Assembly (NCBI RefSeq): GCF_004010195.1
Contig: NC_057717.1
Coordinates: forward strand, 104,879,904-104,943,903
DNA: 64,000 nucleotides
Direction of reading: 5' to 3'
Origin: Chiloscyllium plagiosum
Taxonomy: Eukaryota
Shown: positions 24,647 to 39,010 of the stretch, one piece after another
How the letters are laid out: each line of letters opens with the position of its first letter
Numbering within the stretch: position 1 is the stretch's first letter
Notes under the pieces: model-generated
Told to the model about the DNA's origin: nothing
Seen by the model: only the letters and a program-made list of their open reading frames with translations
Databases searched by the model: none
Program-made: the position numbers and the translations under genes

Positions 24647-27600
24647 AACTTATACAGAAGCCAAGGAAGATGATGAAGGACATTGCATTGTGGTCACAGT
24701 CACAAGAAATATCATTTGTGTTATTGACGAAGCAAGTCCCAGTACTGGGGACAGGATGGAAACCACACTGATGGGATGAAAATAGACAATGATGGGAGAA
24801 TATGAGCAGGTCTATGGCTTGATGACCTGTTATTAGTGCTCTACTAATAGGTAATTTTTTTTTAAAATGGCCATTTGAGATCTTTGCAAATAGCTAAGAC
24901 CAAGAAATCTCTCATGAGAGAAGTCTGGGCCCAAACCTGAAGTTGGCATGACATGTCAGAATATCAGCATTTGGATGGTTAGTTTTTGAATGCTTTGTCT
25001 CTCAAAGGAAAAATTCTGAGTTCAGCATCTTACCAAGCAAAATTAATAAAAATAGCTTTGCTGGCTAGTGTACAGCAATCTCATTTTTTTAACAAGTGAT
25101 ACTGCCGATCTTACGGGAAACACAGATTGATTTACTGGCTACATATCACACATCAAAATCTCTGCAATTCCATAGTATCTCTTAATAAAATTTCCAAGGA
25201 ACAACAGTGCTTCAAACTCCAATGGGATAACAATATTGCTGATCCTGGAATATTTACCAAACTGTTACCATATATAATAGTTTATACTGAGCAATGTAAA
25301 GACATTTCAAGTTACGTACTTACTGATTTGCTCCTGAGAACATTCACATTTGAAAAAGACAATAGCACCATGGAAATTTACAGCACAGAAGATAACCATT
25401 CAACCCAACATGTCCATACCAGCTGAGAAAACACTGGTTCAAAGCCTTGCAAGTGACAGCACTTCAGGTACATTGGAAACAAGCTGTAGGTTTCTGCCTC
25501 CATCATCAAATGGGCAGCAAACCTCAGGCAGCAAGCAGCCTCTGCGTGAAAAAGACTTTCCTCAAACTTTCCCTACAGTCCTTCTATAATCACCTTAAAT
25601 TTGTGCCCCCTGGTGTGTAACCTCTCAGAAAACAGACCTTTCCTGTCTACTCTGTTTAAGCCCCTCATTATTCCTGGAATGGTTGCATTCTGCTATGATG
25701 CAAGATTAAGGTGACTAGGCCTGCACTTTCTTGATTCTACAAAAATGACATGCGATCTCATTGAAATTTACAAAATTCTTAAAGTGCTAGATAAAGGGGA
25801 CACATAAGGCATGTTTCTCCTAACTGTGGAACCCCGAGAACTAGTGGACACAAGCTCAAATGTAACTTAGAGCTGAGAATAAGAAGGAACCTTGCTACTT
25901 AGAGGGTGGTGAGTATAATTTAATGAACACATGTTTTGAAATGCATGATGAAGCAGTGTATTAATACAACGTTTTCTTAAACTTAGGCTCATGATTGAGT
26001 TTACTTCAATATTGCATCAATGGGGAATACCTGAATTTGGAATCTTGAGACTGTTATTCTACGCTTGAGACATTGCCCTCATGACTAAGTGAAAAAGGAA
26101 CTGCAATTATGAGACAGGATATTGTATCTCTTCCAATGAGTCTCAATAATAAATGACTGGAATCAGTCAGAACATTCTGCTGCCTTAGATCCATGGTGAC
26201 AAAAAACCTGTCTCTCAATGAAGTATTCAGTACCACCTGACTCCACATTCAGAAAGCATGAACAGTTAGCCATCTGCCAGTTCCCCAGTCCAGATCATTA
26301 TAACTTCCACATTGGCTGGAGCTACCAATCCATCAATTACCACTATCTCCCAACTAAATTGCCCTAATCTTTCAACCTAATTGTCCTCCTTCACAATTCT
26401 TTTTAAATGTTTACTTAAGCACCATAGGATGACTTTCAAGGAATTCCGAAGCCTCAGTCATACAATGGGAGGAGTCATGGTCACTGTAAAGACATGCAGG
26501 ATGTATCAGTGGCTAGGTTAATTTATAAAATGATTTTAAAAATCAGGGTAGAAAGGGAACCCTTTCCAAGTAGATAGTTGGCGCCATAAGGGCTACTTTC
26601 TCTGCCCATGGCTGCCTCTTTGGACCATCAAGCCTCTGGTTCCAATGGTTGCCCAGGGTTACTTTAGTGTGATAGCCTCCATTTAGCTTGCAGCTACCTC
26701 AACATCAGAAAATGCTGACTGTGCTGTTAAATTGCCCTGAATTGTGTTATTAGTTATGCTATGTTTTTGAAATGGGCAGCCAATCCATATTTAATCCCAC
26801 TGCTGGTAAAACGCCTCAGTTTTGGGACCAGGTTGGAAGAGCCAACTTAACAATTCCTTAAATTTACTGTCACCATTGCCCCTCTGCTTCCTGGAGAGGA
26901 TGTGAAAACCCTGACATGTTTTCCAGAATTTATAACTGAGGGATTCTATCAGTCAATATTTTCAGGGGAATGCCCATGCAAATGCGTTCACATTCAAAGG
27001 TTAAATAATTCCACAGAGGCTGGTATCCCTCAACAAGTCACCTTTTATTTACTCGAGCACTGCCTCTTCTGAGTCAGCTACCAGAGTGGCAGAATCTCTG
27101 ACACTTATTTTTGCCTGTCAGCCAGGGCTGCCTGATTGAACCAGGTTAACAGTCCTAATCAGGGAACTCATATTCTATGATGTCCAGTTGGATCACCTTG
27201 TTACAATTACTACATCCTTCCTGTTCTGAGTCCTTTTTCTTGGAGGGCCTCCTGGGGCTTTTTAGCACTGGGTCATGTTCCTCCAACTCGGCATACAATA
27301 CGGACGGCATGCAACACACAGGAGCTCACCTCTTGTGCCAGGAGTGCCTCAATAAAATTTCATTTCCTTCTTCCAGCTGCAAAGGTCAAGGCAGCTACAC
27401 CTGTCATGCCAATCTCTGATTCAGAGGACTCATCAATGCTTGATGGACAGGATGAACCCAAGGGTTCTGGCAGTCTTTCCAACTGTTCCAAGGAATACAG
27501 CACACTTTGCTCCTGCTCCATTTGCGAATTTGCGGCTTTCATATGCTACAGGTGCTTGTTCAGAACCATCACATCTACATCACTGGTCCTGACCTCGCAT

Positions 27601-30164
27601 CATCCATGCCTCTTAACCATGCCATTTTGTGGTTCTAACACCAAACTTCATCCACTGTATCAAACAGTCTGTCTTGCTTGGTGGAGTTTTGTATCGGCAT
27701 TGGTGTTCCTGATGCTATTTCACCCTCCCCCCTCATGTCCAGAAAGATCAGACTTAACCTGGTGCGGAGTCTTCTACCATTTAGCAGCTCTGCCAGTGGT
27801 ATCCCTGTAGTTGCATGTGGGGTGGTCCTATAATCAAACAAGAACTGTGACCGCTTGTTATCTAGTGAGGCTGTAGATTATTTCTTCAAACCTGCCTTCA
27901 GAGTTTGGACCGTGCTTTTTGCCAGGCCATTGGATGATGGGCGCTATGGAACGGTCCTTATATGTCGGATCCTATCAGACTTTAGTAAATGCCTAAATTC
28001 CCGACTGATAAATGATGGCCCATTATGTGTGACTTCCAGTGCTCAACGTATGGAAAAAGATGTATGCAGTTTTTCTAACAACCCCATGTTGGACAAATGG
28101 ACTATATTAGCATCCAACGCATGCCTTTGAGTAGGCATCGACAATGATTAAGAATATTAAGCCCACGAAGGGACATGTACTGTTGATGTTCAAACGAGCC
28201 CAAGGTTTACCCAGCCATTACCACCAATGTGGGGGGGCTGTAAGGAATAATTTTTGTCCTTGCTGACACTCTGGGTACTGCCCCACCAATGTGGCTATGT
28301 CTGCATTCAAGCCTGGCCACCGGACACAATTTTTCGTCAACATCTTCATTCTGGAGACTCCCTGATGGCCCTAGTGGAGTGCAGCCAATTTCTGATGGTG
28401 ACATTTGCTCAAGACAATTACTTTTGCTTCCCATAACAATATACCATTCTCTACTGTGAGCTGGTCTCTTCAGATCCAAAAAGTTTGTGATGGCCCTTTG
28501 GTTTACCCCATCACTACCAGTTGTTCAGTTGACGACTGGATCTTTCAGCATCCAAAGTTTGATGTTATCAGCTGTGTCTGGGAGTGGGTCCAGCAAACTT
28601 AGTACCATTATATACTCTTCAACTGGGGATAAAATTGATGGTGTATTTGCTAATGGGGGGGGCACTCAATGTGTCTGCGTTCGCAACTCGGCCTCCCAGA
28701 TGGTATTCTAACTTTTAATTATACGCATTTGGTATTATGGACTATTGTTGAATGCGATCTAAGTTATGGGCAGCACCTCCTTGTCTCCTTTATACAGACT
28801 AAGTAGGTGTGTGTGGTCTGTTATAACCAATTTCCACCCATAAAGGCATCAGTGGAACTTCCTGACTCCAAATATGATTACCAATCCTTCTTTAATTATT
28901 TGAGCATAGTTACGCACAGCATTAGCCAAAGTTCTGGATGCATACAATATTGGGCATTCCTCTCCATTGGGCCATCTGCGAGCTAATACCACAGTGATGC
29001 TGCATGGGCAGGCATCACATGTCAACAGCAGATCTTTCCTGAGATCATAGTGTGCTAACACCTTAGATGATGATAGATGTTTCTTTACTTCACTGAAAGA
29101 TAGGGCTTGTCTATGTGACCATTTCCAAGGCTGACCTTTTTTTTAAAAGGAGTTGATGCAAAGGTGCCAGGATGGAGTCCAGGTTATATATGAACTTTCC
29201 ATAATAATTTCCAGCCCAAGAAATGACCCAAGCTCCTGGACAGATGTGGGAGCCAGGGCACCTTTGATTACCCTCACTTTACCTTCCAACAGGTGCAACC
29301 CAGTCTTGTTTTGTAGCCCTAGCAGGTAATTTGAGGGGTCTGGAACACACATTTTTCCCTTCTTAGGTGGACGCTAGCCTTGGAAAAATGCCTTAGGACT
29401 ATGTCCAAGTTCTAAGTGTTCCTTATTTGCTTTCCCTGTAATTAGAACATCATCTAAGTAAATGGTGACCTGAGGTAGACCTTGCAAAATGTTCTCCAAC
29501 ATCCAGAGAAAAATTGAACAGGCTACCAAATGGCAGGCTTGTATTTTTGTATTAATTATAGCATATGTCTGGGAATCCTCATAATTGCAAGTAAGCATGG
29601 CTCAGGTCCAGCTTCATGAAGGTCAGCCTCCCCACCCATTTTGCACATAAATCTTCTATGTGAGTGATTAGGTATTTATCCAGCTGCAAAAAGTGGTTTA
29701 CTGTTTGTTTAAGATTCCCAGAAGACATACTAACCAGTACTGCCCTTTCTAAACATTGGACTGGTTTGATGATTCCTTCACTTTCCAGCCTTCTGATTTC
29801 TAGCTGTACTTTTGCACATAATGCAAATGGCACTAGGTAGCCTTGCAAAATTGTGGAATTACTGCCAGGTCAATATGCAAGGTGGCCTTGGCTTCTCTGA
29901 TAGTTCATAAACCTTCCTCAAAAACTTCTGGGCATTTAGTTAGGACTTCACTCAACCAGCCATTTTCAAATTGAAAAATGTTGAGCCAATCTAAGTGAAT
30001 CTTTCGCAACTAATTTCGCCTCATCAAACATGGGCCTGAGACATTTACTATAATCACTAGTAACTGAACCAGCTGCTTTTCATAAGAGTCTGGAACCAAA
30101 GTTGTATCCTCAATCTGTAAAGGTCCCCCGGTATAGGTTCTCAGCCTAGCTGAGGTCTTGGAAT

Positions 30165-30280
30165 CATTAAGTCATAGAGTTATACAGCACAGAAAGACAC
30201 CTTTTGGTCCAACTCGTCCACAACAACCAGATATCTTAAACTGATCTCGTCCCATTTCCAAACATTTGACCCATATCACA
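30165..30280 (-). mobile_element. CR1 3'-tail fragment inserted in Gypsy pol
   Basis: gtcatagagttatacagcacagaaagacaccttttggtccaactcgtcca is the reverse complement of a CR1 tail (compare 47000-47065). Confidence 0.75.
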
Positions 30281-30764
30281 CTCTTATGCAAATTTAAGGG
30301 CTGGAGTCTCAAGCAGATTTCGTTAAAAACTGGTTCCGCGATCACTAACATGGCTGTATCAGTACTGACCTCCATTAGAACTAGATAACCATTTAACCAG
30401 ATGTTTATTTTCACTGGTGCTGATTTGGATATTGCTAAGCAATTTAACTGTTCCAAACCAGATGTAGGGGGACTTTCTAGGGTATGAACTTTCCTCGATA
30501 CTGGCCTATGAGTTAACTTACTTAATTTAGGTCGAGAAGGGCTCTTTAGGTGTCTTGAGTCCAATTACCGGCAGAAACTACAATGCCTTGCCAGCCAGGA
30601 GCTTGAAGAAAATTTTAACTGTTTGTCTGAGGCTTGGCTTTGTTTTGGGTTTTGCTGTTGGCTAACCTAGAGTTCAAGGTATGGCCTAAGTGAGATTATG
30701 CAATTGACTGCACTCAAGTGGTGTCCCCAAAGCTCAGTCGGACTGGTGAGGGTATCCACTGGAA

Positions 30765-33255
30765 GTCATAGAGTCCCATAGCACAGAGACAGGCCATTTA
30801 GTCCAAACTGGTCAATGCTGACCAAAATGTACTTTCACTCTAACCCCATTTCCCTGCATTTGGCCCATATCCTTCTAATCCTTTCCTATCCATATATTTG
30901 CCCAAATGCCTTTAGCTATTAATGTACTTCGTTGGCAGCTCATTCCATATGCGTAGCACCCTCTGTGTAAAAAAAGTTACCCCTCAGGTTCCCTTTTATT
31001 CTTTCCCCTCTAACCTTAAGCTGATGCCCTCTAGTCCTCGATTCCGCAACCCTTGGAAAAAGACTGAGTGCATCCACCCTATCCATACCTCTCACGATCT
31101 TATGCATCTCTATAAAGTCCCCCCTCAGTCTACTACACACCAAAGAAAATGTCCAAGCTTGTCCGCCCTCTCCCTATAACTCAGACCACTGAGTCCATGC
31201 AATATACTTGCAAATTTCTTGCAGTTTTCAGTTGAATAACATCCTTCTTATAACAAGGTAACTAAAACTGAACACAATACTCCAAATGTGGCCTCACCAA
31301 TGTCCTGTATAACTGCAACATAACTTCCCAACTTACCGATGAAGGCCACTGTGCCAAAAGCCTTCTTCACTGCCCTGTCTACCTGTGACTCCACTTTCAG
31401 AGAACAGTGAACCTGAACTCCAAGATCCCTCTGTTCCACTACACTCCTTAAGGCCCTAACATTCACCATGAAACTTCTTCCTTGATTTGACTTTCCAAAA
31501 TGCAAGACCTCAAACTTATTGATATTAAACTGCATTTGCCATTTCTCAGCTCACTTCCCCACCTGATCAAGATCCTGTTGCAATTTCTGATAACTTCCCT
31601 TACTGTCTACAATACCACGTATTTTAGTGTCATCAGCAAACTTACTAATCATGCCTTATACATTCTCATCCAAATCATTGATATTGATAACAAACAGCAC
31701 TAGACCCAGCACTGACCCCTGAGGCACTCCACTAGTCACAGGCCTCCAGCCTGACAAACATCCTTCCACTATTAGCCTCTGCTTCCTACCCTCAAGCTAA
31801 TTTTGTATCCAATTTGCCAGCTTGCCCTGGATTCCATGCGATCTAACTTTCCAGATCAGCTGATCCAATGGAAGCTTATCAAAGGCCCTACTGAAATCCA
31901 TATAAACTAAGAACTCTAACAAATTTGTGAGGCATGATCTTCCATTCACAAAGCCATGCTGACTACTCCTAATCAAACCCTGTATGTATGTATATCTTAT
32001 CCATCAGAATCTTCTCAAGTAACTTATCCATCAGAGATGCTAAGCTTACTGGTCTATAGTTCCTAGGCTTTTCTTTGCAGCTTTTCTTGAATAATGGCAC
32101 AATATTCACTACCTTTCCAGTCTTCTGGGACATCACCGGAGCATCTTGGATATATCTGGTCAGGACCAGGAGATTTATCCACCTTCATTATTCTAATACA
32201 TCCAATACCTTCTCCTCTACTGCAATATGGACTGTCTCCAAGATATCACCACTAACTTCCCAAAGTTCCTAAGTCTTCATATCTTTCTCCATGGTAAACA
32301 CAGAGGAGAAATATTCATCGAGAACCTCACCCATCTCCTGCGGTTCTACATATACATGTCCACTTTGGTCCTTGAGGGGTCCTATTCTCTCTCTGGTTAT
32401 TCTTTATCGTTCAATATACTTAAAATACCTCTTTGGATTCACTCTAATCTCCTCAGCCAAGGCTATCTCATGCCATCTTTTTGCCCTCCTGATTTCTTTC
32501 TTCAGTAAATGTCTGTATTCCCTGTATACCTCCAGGTATTCCCTTGATCCCAGCTGCCTGTACCTGAATTACGCCTCCTTGTTTTTTCTAGTCAAAACCT
32601 CAACATCTTGTCATCCAGCGTTCACTATTCTTGCCAACCTTTCCCTTCACCCTCAAAGGAACATATAAATATTGAACTCTAGCCATCTCACTTTTAAAGG
32701 CCTCCTACTTGCTGGAAGCCCCTTTGCCTGCAAACAAACTATTCCAATCAACCCCTGCAAGCTCCTGTCTAACTCCATCAAAATTTGCCTTGCCCCAATT
32801 TAGAACCTGAATCTGTGGACCAGTTTTGTCCTTCTCCATTACTATTTTAAAATTAATAAAACTATGGTCACTGGTTCCAAAGTGCTCCCCCACTGTCACC
32901 TCAATCACCTGTCCTGTCCTATTTCCCAACTGTAGGTCAGGTTTTACCCTTCCCAAGTATGACCCTCTATATATTGCTTGAGTAAACTTTCCTGAATGCA
33001 CTTAACAAATTCCACCCCATGTAAGTCCTTATTGTTCTGGCAGCCCCAGTCTATGTTAGGAAAATTAAAATTCCTGACTATGACAACATTATTGCTCTAA
33101 CAAGTCTCCTCAATGTCCCTGCATATTTGTTCCTCTAATTCCCATTGACTATTTGGGAGCCTTTAGTACAACCCCAGTAATGTCACCATCCCCTACTTAT
33201 TTCTTAGCTCCACTCACAAAGCCTCACTAGATGATCCATCAGTTATTTCATCTCT
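30765..33255 (-). mobile_element. decayed CR1 ORF2 (EN to 3' tail) nested in Gypsy gag
   Basis: GEHFGTSDHSFINFKI...LNWGKANF (EN), MQFNINKFEVLHFGKSN...EQRDLGVQVH and RLRGDFIEMHKIVRG. Confidence 0.9.
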
Positions 33256-34091
33256 TCTATTGGAATATCCTGTAGCTCATGTGCTCCACTTGCCATATTT
33301 TTCAATGACAAAGCCAGTTGTAGTGCCTGTTTGAGGTCCAGTTAGGCTTCAGCTAGTAGGTGCCTTTGCATAGTTACATCATTAATCTCACATACCAGTC
33401 TGTAAGCATCTCATTAAGAGTTGAGCCAAAATTACATGCTTCCGTCAGTCATCTTAACCCAGTCAAAAATACCATACGGATTCCCTGGTTTCTCGAATTG
33501 CTGAGTAAAAACAATAGTGTCCAAGAATTAGAAGAGGCTTAGGGTCATAATATTCCTGAGCTACATCTGTCAATCTTCAAAGGTTTTAGTATCTGGTGCC
33601 TCAGGGAAAGTTAGGGTCCTCATAACCAAGAAGGCTGCAGCTCCACAGGCTGTCAAGAGAATTACGCATTGCTTTTCATCTGCCACATAGTCATCTGCTC
33701 ACAAAAAAAATCATTCTTCCCAAGTCTGGGCCAAGTCTTTGATGTCAGGGTCAAATGAGTAACACTTCCCAAACAAAGGCATGATGTAAGAAATTTTCCA
33801 CCTCAACTCAAAAGATGACTGTTGTGAGTAAGTTTCTTCAGGAACATGCTTTACTCTCATTGCCACAGGGATGGTACCCTGTCATCAAGTCACCCTTTAT
33901 TTTAACACAAACAGTCCTTGACTCTACTACTGCGTCTTCAGAATCAGCTTTCAGAGTGCCAGATTCTCCGACACTTTTCTTTATATCTGTCTGCCAGGAA
34001 TCGCTAATTGGACCAGATTAGCATCCCCAATCAGGGAACTCATATTCTACGATGTCCAGCTGGCTGACCTCATTACAATCACAGCAAAGGG

Positions 34092-34245
34092 GTTTTTGAG
34101 GAATGTGCCAATATTTTCAGGGCTCCCTGGAAATGAGTGACTATTTCCAGTAGTTCCCAGAAAGTTGCCAATATTTGCAGGGGCTTCCAGAAGAACATCA
34201 CAATTTTCATGAGTTCCCAGAAAACTACTAATATTTGCAAGCAGG
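34092..34245. repeat. degenerate ~30-bp tandem repeat
   Basis: Units tgccaatatt(t)gcaggg...tcccagaaa recur about five times. A similar unit lies left of the Gypsy element at ~26953. Confidence 0.5.
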
Positions 34246-35689
34246 TTTCAATAATGCTGAATTAAAATGTTAAAAACTTCATTATTTGTATTTTGTGGTG
34301 TAGGATGTGTAAAATTAAATCACAAAAACACCATACATTGGATACAGCAATCACGTTTTCACATTAAAGGCTGCAACACCAAATTCCTTAGTTTGTTTCC
34401 AGCCTGGCTAATTATATTAGTCCAGGTTGCCACCCTTTTGCCTCTTAGCAGTTAGTGACAACAGGCCCATGGAAAAAATCATGACAGCTGTCCAGCTGAT
34501 ATTTCCAAGGTGTGACATATCATATTTGGTGCCTAAGAGAGGGAGCAAGAGACCAGAAAATTTAATCAAAAAACTCTTAAAAAGGAAAAACAAGTCAAAG
34601 GACATTTCAGATCACAAGATATGATCATCATGCAAGAATGTCAGGATACAACATTAACTGTGGTTATTGGACGTGAGAAATCAACTTGAAACACAAACAT
34701 TTTCTCTGGTTTGCCTTTCTAAAAATAAATGATACATATCTCCTCAGCCATAACACTGTGTCAGGTTCCAGCAATAACAGAAAGAACATGCACTTACAGA
34801 GTATCTCAGTGAATTCCTTAGAAACACCTTAAACGTTCACATATAATGAATGCGATAGGAGTTTTGCCTCCTAATGTTCTCCCTCATAACATAAATTAGG
34901 CATGGATAACATGGTATAGGAAGATCCACTGTATATTTATTACAGCTGGCTATTATATAGAGTTATTACATTCACAGAGACTCAAGTGTCTGAGCTAGTA
35001 ATAGGCTCAGCATGCTTTTAACAGTGTGAGATAGTTCAGGTGATCTCAAAAAAGATGGCATCTGAGACCTTTATGCCCTCAGTTCACATGCTATGATATA
35101 GTGATAATAAAATGAGAATTTCTCTTAAAGGTATACTGAGTGTGAGGAATAACATAATGGAATGAACCATTTGTTTGATAAACAACAGTTCTAGCATTAC
35201 CTTAAAGACAGCATATCAAGTCAACATCCCATTGAGCTTTTCAGAAGTATTATGAAGCAAGTGACACGCACGATGATTTTAGGGCTGATGACCAAAAACT
35301 TGGAAAAATAAGTAAGTTTTAAAGAGAGTTTTAAAAGAGAACAGAGAAGTAAAGAGTCAGGAAGGTTCAGGGAGGAAATTCAAGAGCTTTGTGTCCAACA
35401 GGAGACATGCCATCCATGGTGATGTAACTAAACTTGAGGATGCTCAAGAGGCCAGTGCTAGATGAAATTATATTACATGAAAGTTAAAGCACAGCCTGAC
35501 AAGTGTGTGTGTAGAGGCAATTTAAACAAAGACCATCATTTTCACCAAGACTTTTGGTAGAGACTTACTACTTGCTGTTAATGCAAGACAAAAGAAGAAG
35601 GCTGTCTTTAAAAATAATAACTACTATTAATGTGGGTGAACATGGAAGCTGTCTTGGAATAAACAGTCTGGAGTTTAACATTTTATCTT

Positions 35690-35835
35690 AACGATGGAAC
35701 CTCCAATTATGCAGCATTCCAGAATGCAGTTTCACACTGCATTTCAGCCTAGATTAAAACTCAAATCCCAGAGTAAGGTATGAAATTACACCTTTCTCAC
35801 TCAGACGTCAATACCACCCTTAATGAGCCATACTG
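35690..35835 (-). mobile_element. old Deu-domain-type SINE remnant (with L2-like remnant at ~35180-35480)
   Basis: gatggaacctccaattatgcagcattcc...cactgcatttcagcctagatt...ctttctcactcagac resembles the reverse complement of a Deu-SINE 5' half. Heavily decayed. Confidence 0.45.
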
Positions 35836-37101
35836 AGAATATTTCCTATATTCTGGAACTAGCATAACTATGACAAGGAGATTATTCCAGACAGATGGCA
35901 GACTTAGAGACTTGCAACAACTGTCCTTCATTTGATAGTTAATTCAAATATATATTTGTGCTTCACCCAATAAGTCTGTCCTTGTTAACTTTAGTCATTC
36001 GTTTTGTATGTCTCATACACTATTAGGTTTGAAAACAGAAATTTAAAATTTTAATATTTTTCTCTCTCCCTTCACTCTATCACCTCCCCATCCTTTGCAA
36101 CTCTTACAAGTAAAAAGAACAGATTGTAAATTATTCCTCGAGCCTGTTACAGACCCCTCAATGCTTGTTCATTCTTTCCTCTCAAAGCACCAGTAAGAAA
36201 TTGGATAAACACGCACGGTGAGAGCACATGCCTGATGATGCCATGTGCATCGTGTCAGAATTTCAACTGAACTGTTCACTAACCATATGAATCATCGCAT
36301 TTTACATTTCTCTCTATGACACCTCCAAATGCTTCACGTTATGACAGCAATCTAAGAATATTAAGGAATATAGTATGCACTATTTTCTGACTAATTCCAA
36401 ATTAGCATGCAAATTCCTGAGTTTAGGTCATCCTCTGAGCCATTAAAGTACAGAGAAGCAAGGAGCAATAAGAAAAAGGTTCTTAACTTCTTGAAAAAAC
36501 CTTGATTGTTATACAAGCTGCAGATTTAAATCTTTGGTTTGTCAACATTATCTCATATCTGATTACTGGGAAGTGACAGAGTAGTTGGGAATAGTTTCAG
36601 AGTTTACACTTAATTTTCTGAAATTATAGAAAATTTTCCATTCATAGAATTGCAAGCAACATCCTGTGCCTATATCTTTTGGGACACGGGCCTCCAATCC
36701 AATGCCATGTTGTCTTGTTTCTAATAACCTGCTTGAGAAATGATTACACTGTTTTATACATAGACTGTCAGGCCGATAGCATTAAATTAATAAGATGAAC
36801 AAAATTAGGATGCTCTATCTAGGTGATTAAATCAGCAAACAGGTGTGCTCATTGCTCAGCATTTATAGCACATTTAACATTGGACACCTGCTGTCCGTGG
36901 AAAAAAATCCTTGATAAAATTTTTGTGGAAGTGTGACTGGCCTATGCAGATTAAGGATGCTGCATTGCCATTCCTAGAACTGCCAATTTGGTTAGCCACA
37001 GCCTGAATTTTAAAATTAATGTCCTGAGCTGCCTCTAGGCTGGGTAGAGGCAAATCACATTGGTTTGCAGTTCTTGTTTATGAATCAGTGATCATTCTTT
37101 G

Positions 37102-37323
37102 TGAAATAACTCCAGAAGCTTGTATCCCACCACCAATCACCTTTTATTTACATGTGGAGAGTCTTTGACACTGATCCAGCTACCTCAGTACCAGCTCTCA
37201 GAGTAAACAGAACCTCAGACACACCTGTTTATATCTGTCAGCCAGGGCTTCCTTATTAACAGTCCCAATCAGGAACTTGTATTCTATGAAATCCACATGG
37301 CTGACCTTGCTACAATTACTACA
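37102..37323 (-). mobile_element. solo LTR of the same Gypsy family as 27001-34086
   Basis: Shares tcaccttttatttac, ctgtcagccagggct, cagtcccaatcagg and tacaattactaca with both Gypsy LTRs. Confidence 0.85.
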
Positions 37324-38814
37324 ATTTGAGAAGTGGACTTTGCTGTTGCTTAGATGATAACATTTGACATGAGGAACACCACTGAGCAAGACACAGGACC
37401 AGGCAACTGCAGCCCAGCATGGGTCAACAGATTCAGGACAGGAAAAGAGAAAATTGATTTGATTTTTGATTGACATTTTTATTGCTACATGCACCAAACG
37501 GCAGTGAAAAAATACTATTTTGTGCGCTATCCAGACAAATCATGAGAAAACAAACTGAAGAGAGCTAAAACATATCAGCTATACAATAGATCTCAACAGC
37601 CAAATAACATAGTCTTTTTGGAGTATTTTGATATACTCTGAAACAGACTCCCATTTTTGATTGGCAATCTCTGCGTCTATATATTAAGTACTATGTCTCG
37701 GTCAATTCAGAAAAGTGTTGTGTTGCAAAGTGTGTGATTTGTAGCTATATGCTTTGGTCAGGAGATCCTAATTAAGACAGTAATTGTCATCTTGACATTT
37801 GTGGCACATTGTGTTTGCAAAGTATCGCACCTTTTCGGAGCCATCATGTTCAGTGGCAAGAGGGCAACATCTCAACAAACAGATTTCTAATGTAAGGGCA
37901 GTGACATTAATTTTACTGCTTTGACTGAAACCAACCTAGGTAAAGGCCACATGTTTTAGTTTTCTTATTTTGCATTGTGGACCAAAATGGGATAAGGATA
38001 CTGCTTTAAATTAAGGACTGCTGAAGGAGTTGCTACACTATTAAAAATAAGCTACTGGGATTCATTTCAAATTGAATTTCCACTGTTGCTTTGTTCAACC
38101 AATGGGGGAAGACCAATGTGGACACGATCAGCATGAGAAAAACTGTCTGATTGGCTCCCAGGTAGATGTTCAGTTTGTGTATGAAAAATACAGAATCAGA
38201 AGCCTCCAGACTGTAAAAGAGATTGTCTTTATCTATCTCTGCAGTGAAATACTCAAAAACTGGAAGATAGCTAGCTATTTCTCTCACCATTTTCTGTAAG
38301 ATCTTGCCTCTAACAAGTGACTGAAAGACTGAACAATTGATTTGCCTGCATCTTTGGTAAAGAACTATTTACTTGGCATCCTAACTCTCCCATCCAGCAC
38401 CTTAACATCATACTTACTGTATGTATATAATGTTTGACAGCAGCTGTCAAAGCGGCTGTCAGGACCTTTACATTTCAGCAGCTGCCTAGTGTGAAAATCG
38501 GCATGGTTTGCTTTCCTCTGACAGTTTCTATGGTATGAAAGAATGGAAATACAGGTCTACATTTCTGAGGGAGTCCTAAGTAGAATTTTCTGACAGAATT
38601 GCAGAGCTACCTTTTTTGTAAAAAAGCATCCGAGTGGCAATGTGCTTGAAATCACCACTTCCCTGAAAATCTGGCCCACAAGCTTCAGGGGACTCTCATT
38701 CCCCTGAACTCAAGAGTGTAGGCTTGTTCTACTCAAAATGTTGCTATCATAGAACAAATTTCTCGTTCAAAGAATCAATTCTCATGAAATGTCCATAGCA
38801 AGTACATCCTTCCT

Positions 38815-39010
38815 TAAAAAAAAACAGAAAATGCTGCAAATAACTCAGCAGATCTTACAGTGTGTATATAAAGAGGAATAGGATGTTCAATGAAAGGTCT
38901 CAGATCTGAAGCCGTAGCTATGTTTCTCCAACCAGACTTTCTAAGCATTTCCAGAATCTTTTATTTCCTACATTTCAGATTTGCAGTTCCTGCAGTATGT
39001 TACTTTTGTA
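38815..39010. mobile_element. very old hairpin PLE pseudo-LTR derivative
   Basis: aaacagaaaatgctgcaaataactcagcagatct ... gcatttccagaatc...ctgcagtatgttacttttgt, with the same layout as 2769-2981. Confidence 0.45.

Larger units (their letters stand above)
27001..34086 (-). mobile_element. decayed full-length Ty3/Gypsy LTR retrotransposon with two nested CR1 insertions
   Basis: Homologous LTRs at ~27001-27214 and ~33863-34086. PBS-like TGGCAATGAG at 33865-33856 and purine tract GGAAGGA at 27221-27215. ORF fragments in Gypsy order: protease (INIWLNGYLVLMEVSTDTA), RT (KLDLSHAYLQL; IYLDDVLITG), RNase H (LTCDA...PILYASRTL) and integrase (DYRTTPHATTG). Candidate TSD AAGG. Confidence 0.9.

Noticed and set aside
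34092..34245. CRISPR-like array
   Set aside because: Eukaryotic intron, degenerate adjacent units, no unique spacers and no cas genes.
35395..35430. Candidate for the upstream CACNA1A exon (ITMDG-like on the minus strand)
   Set aside because: The surrounding sequence does not encode the pore loop and lies in an L2-like remnant.
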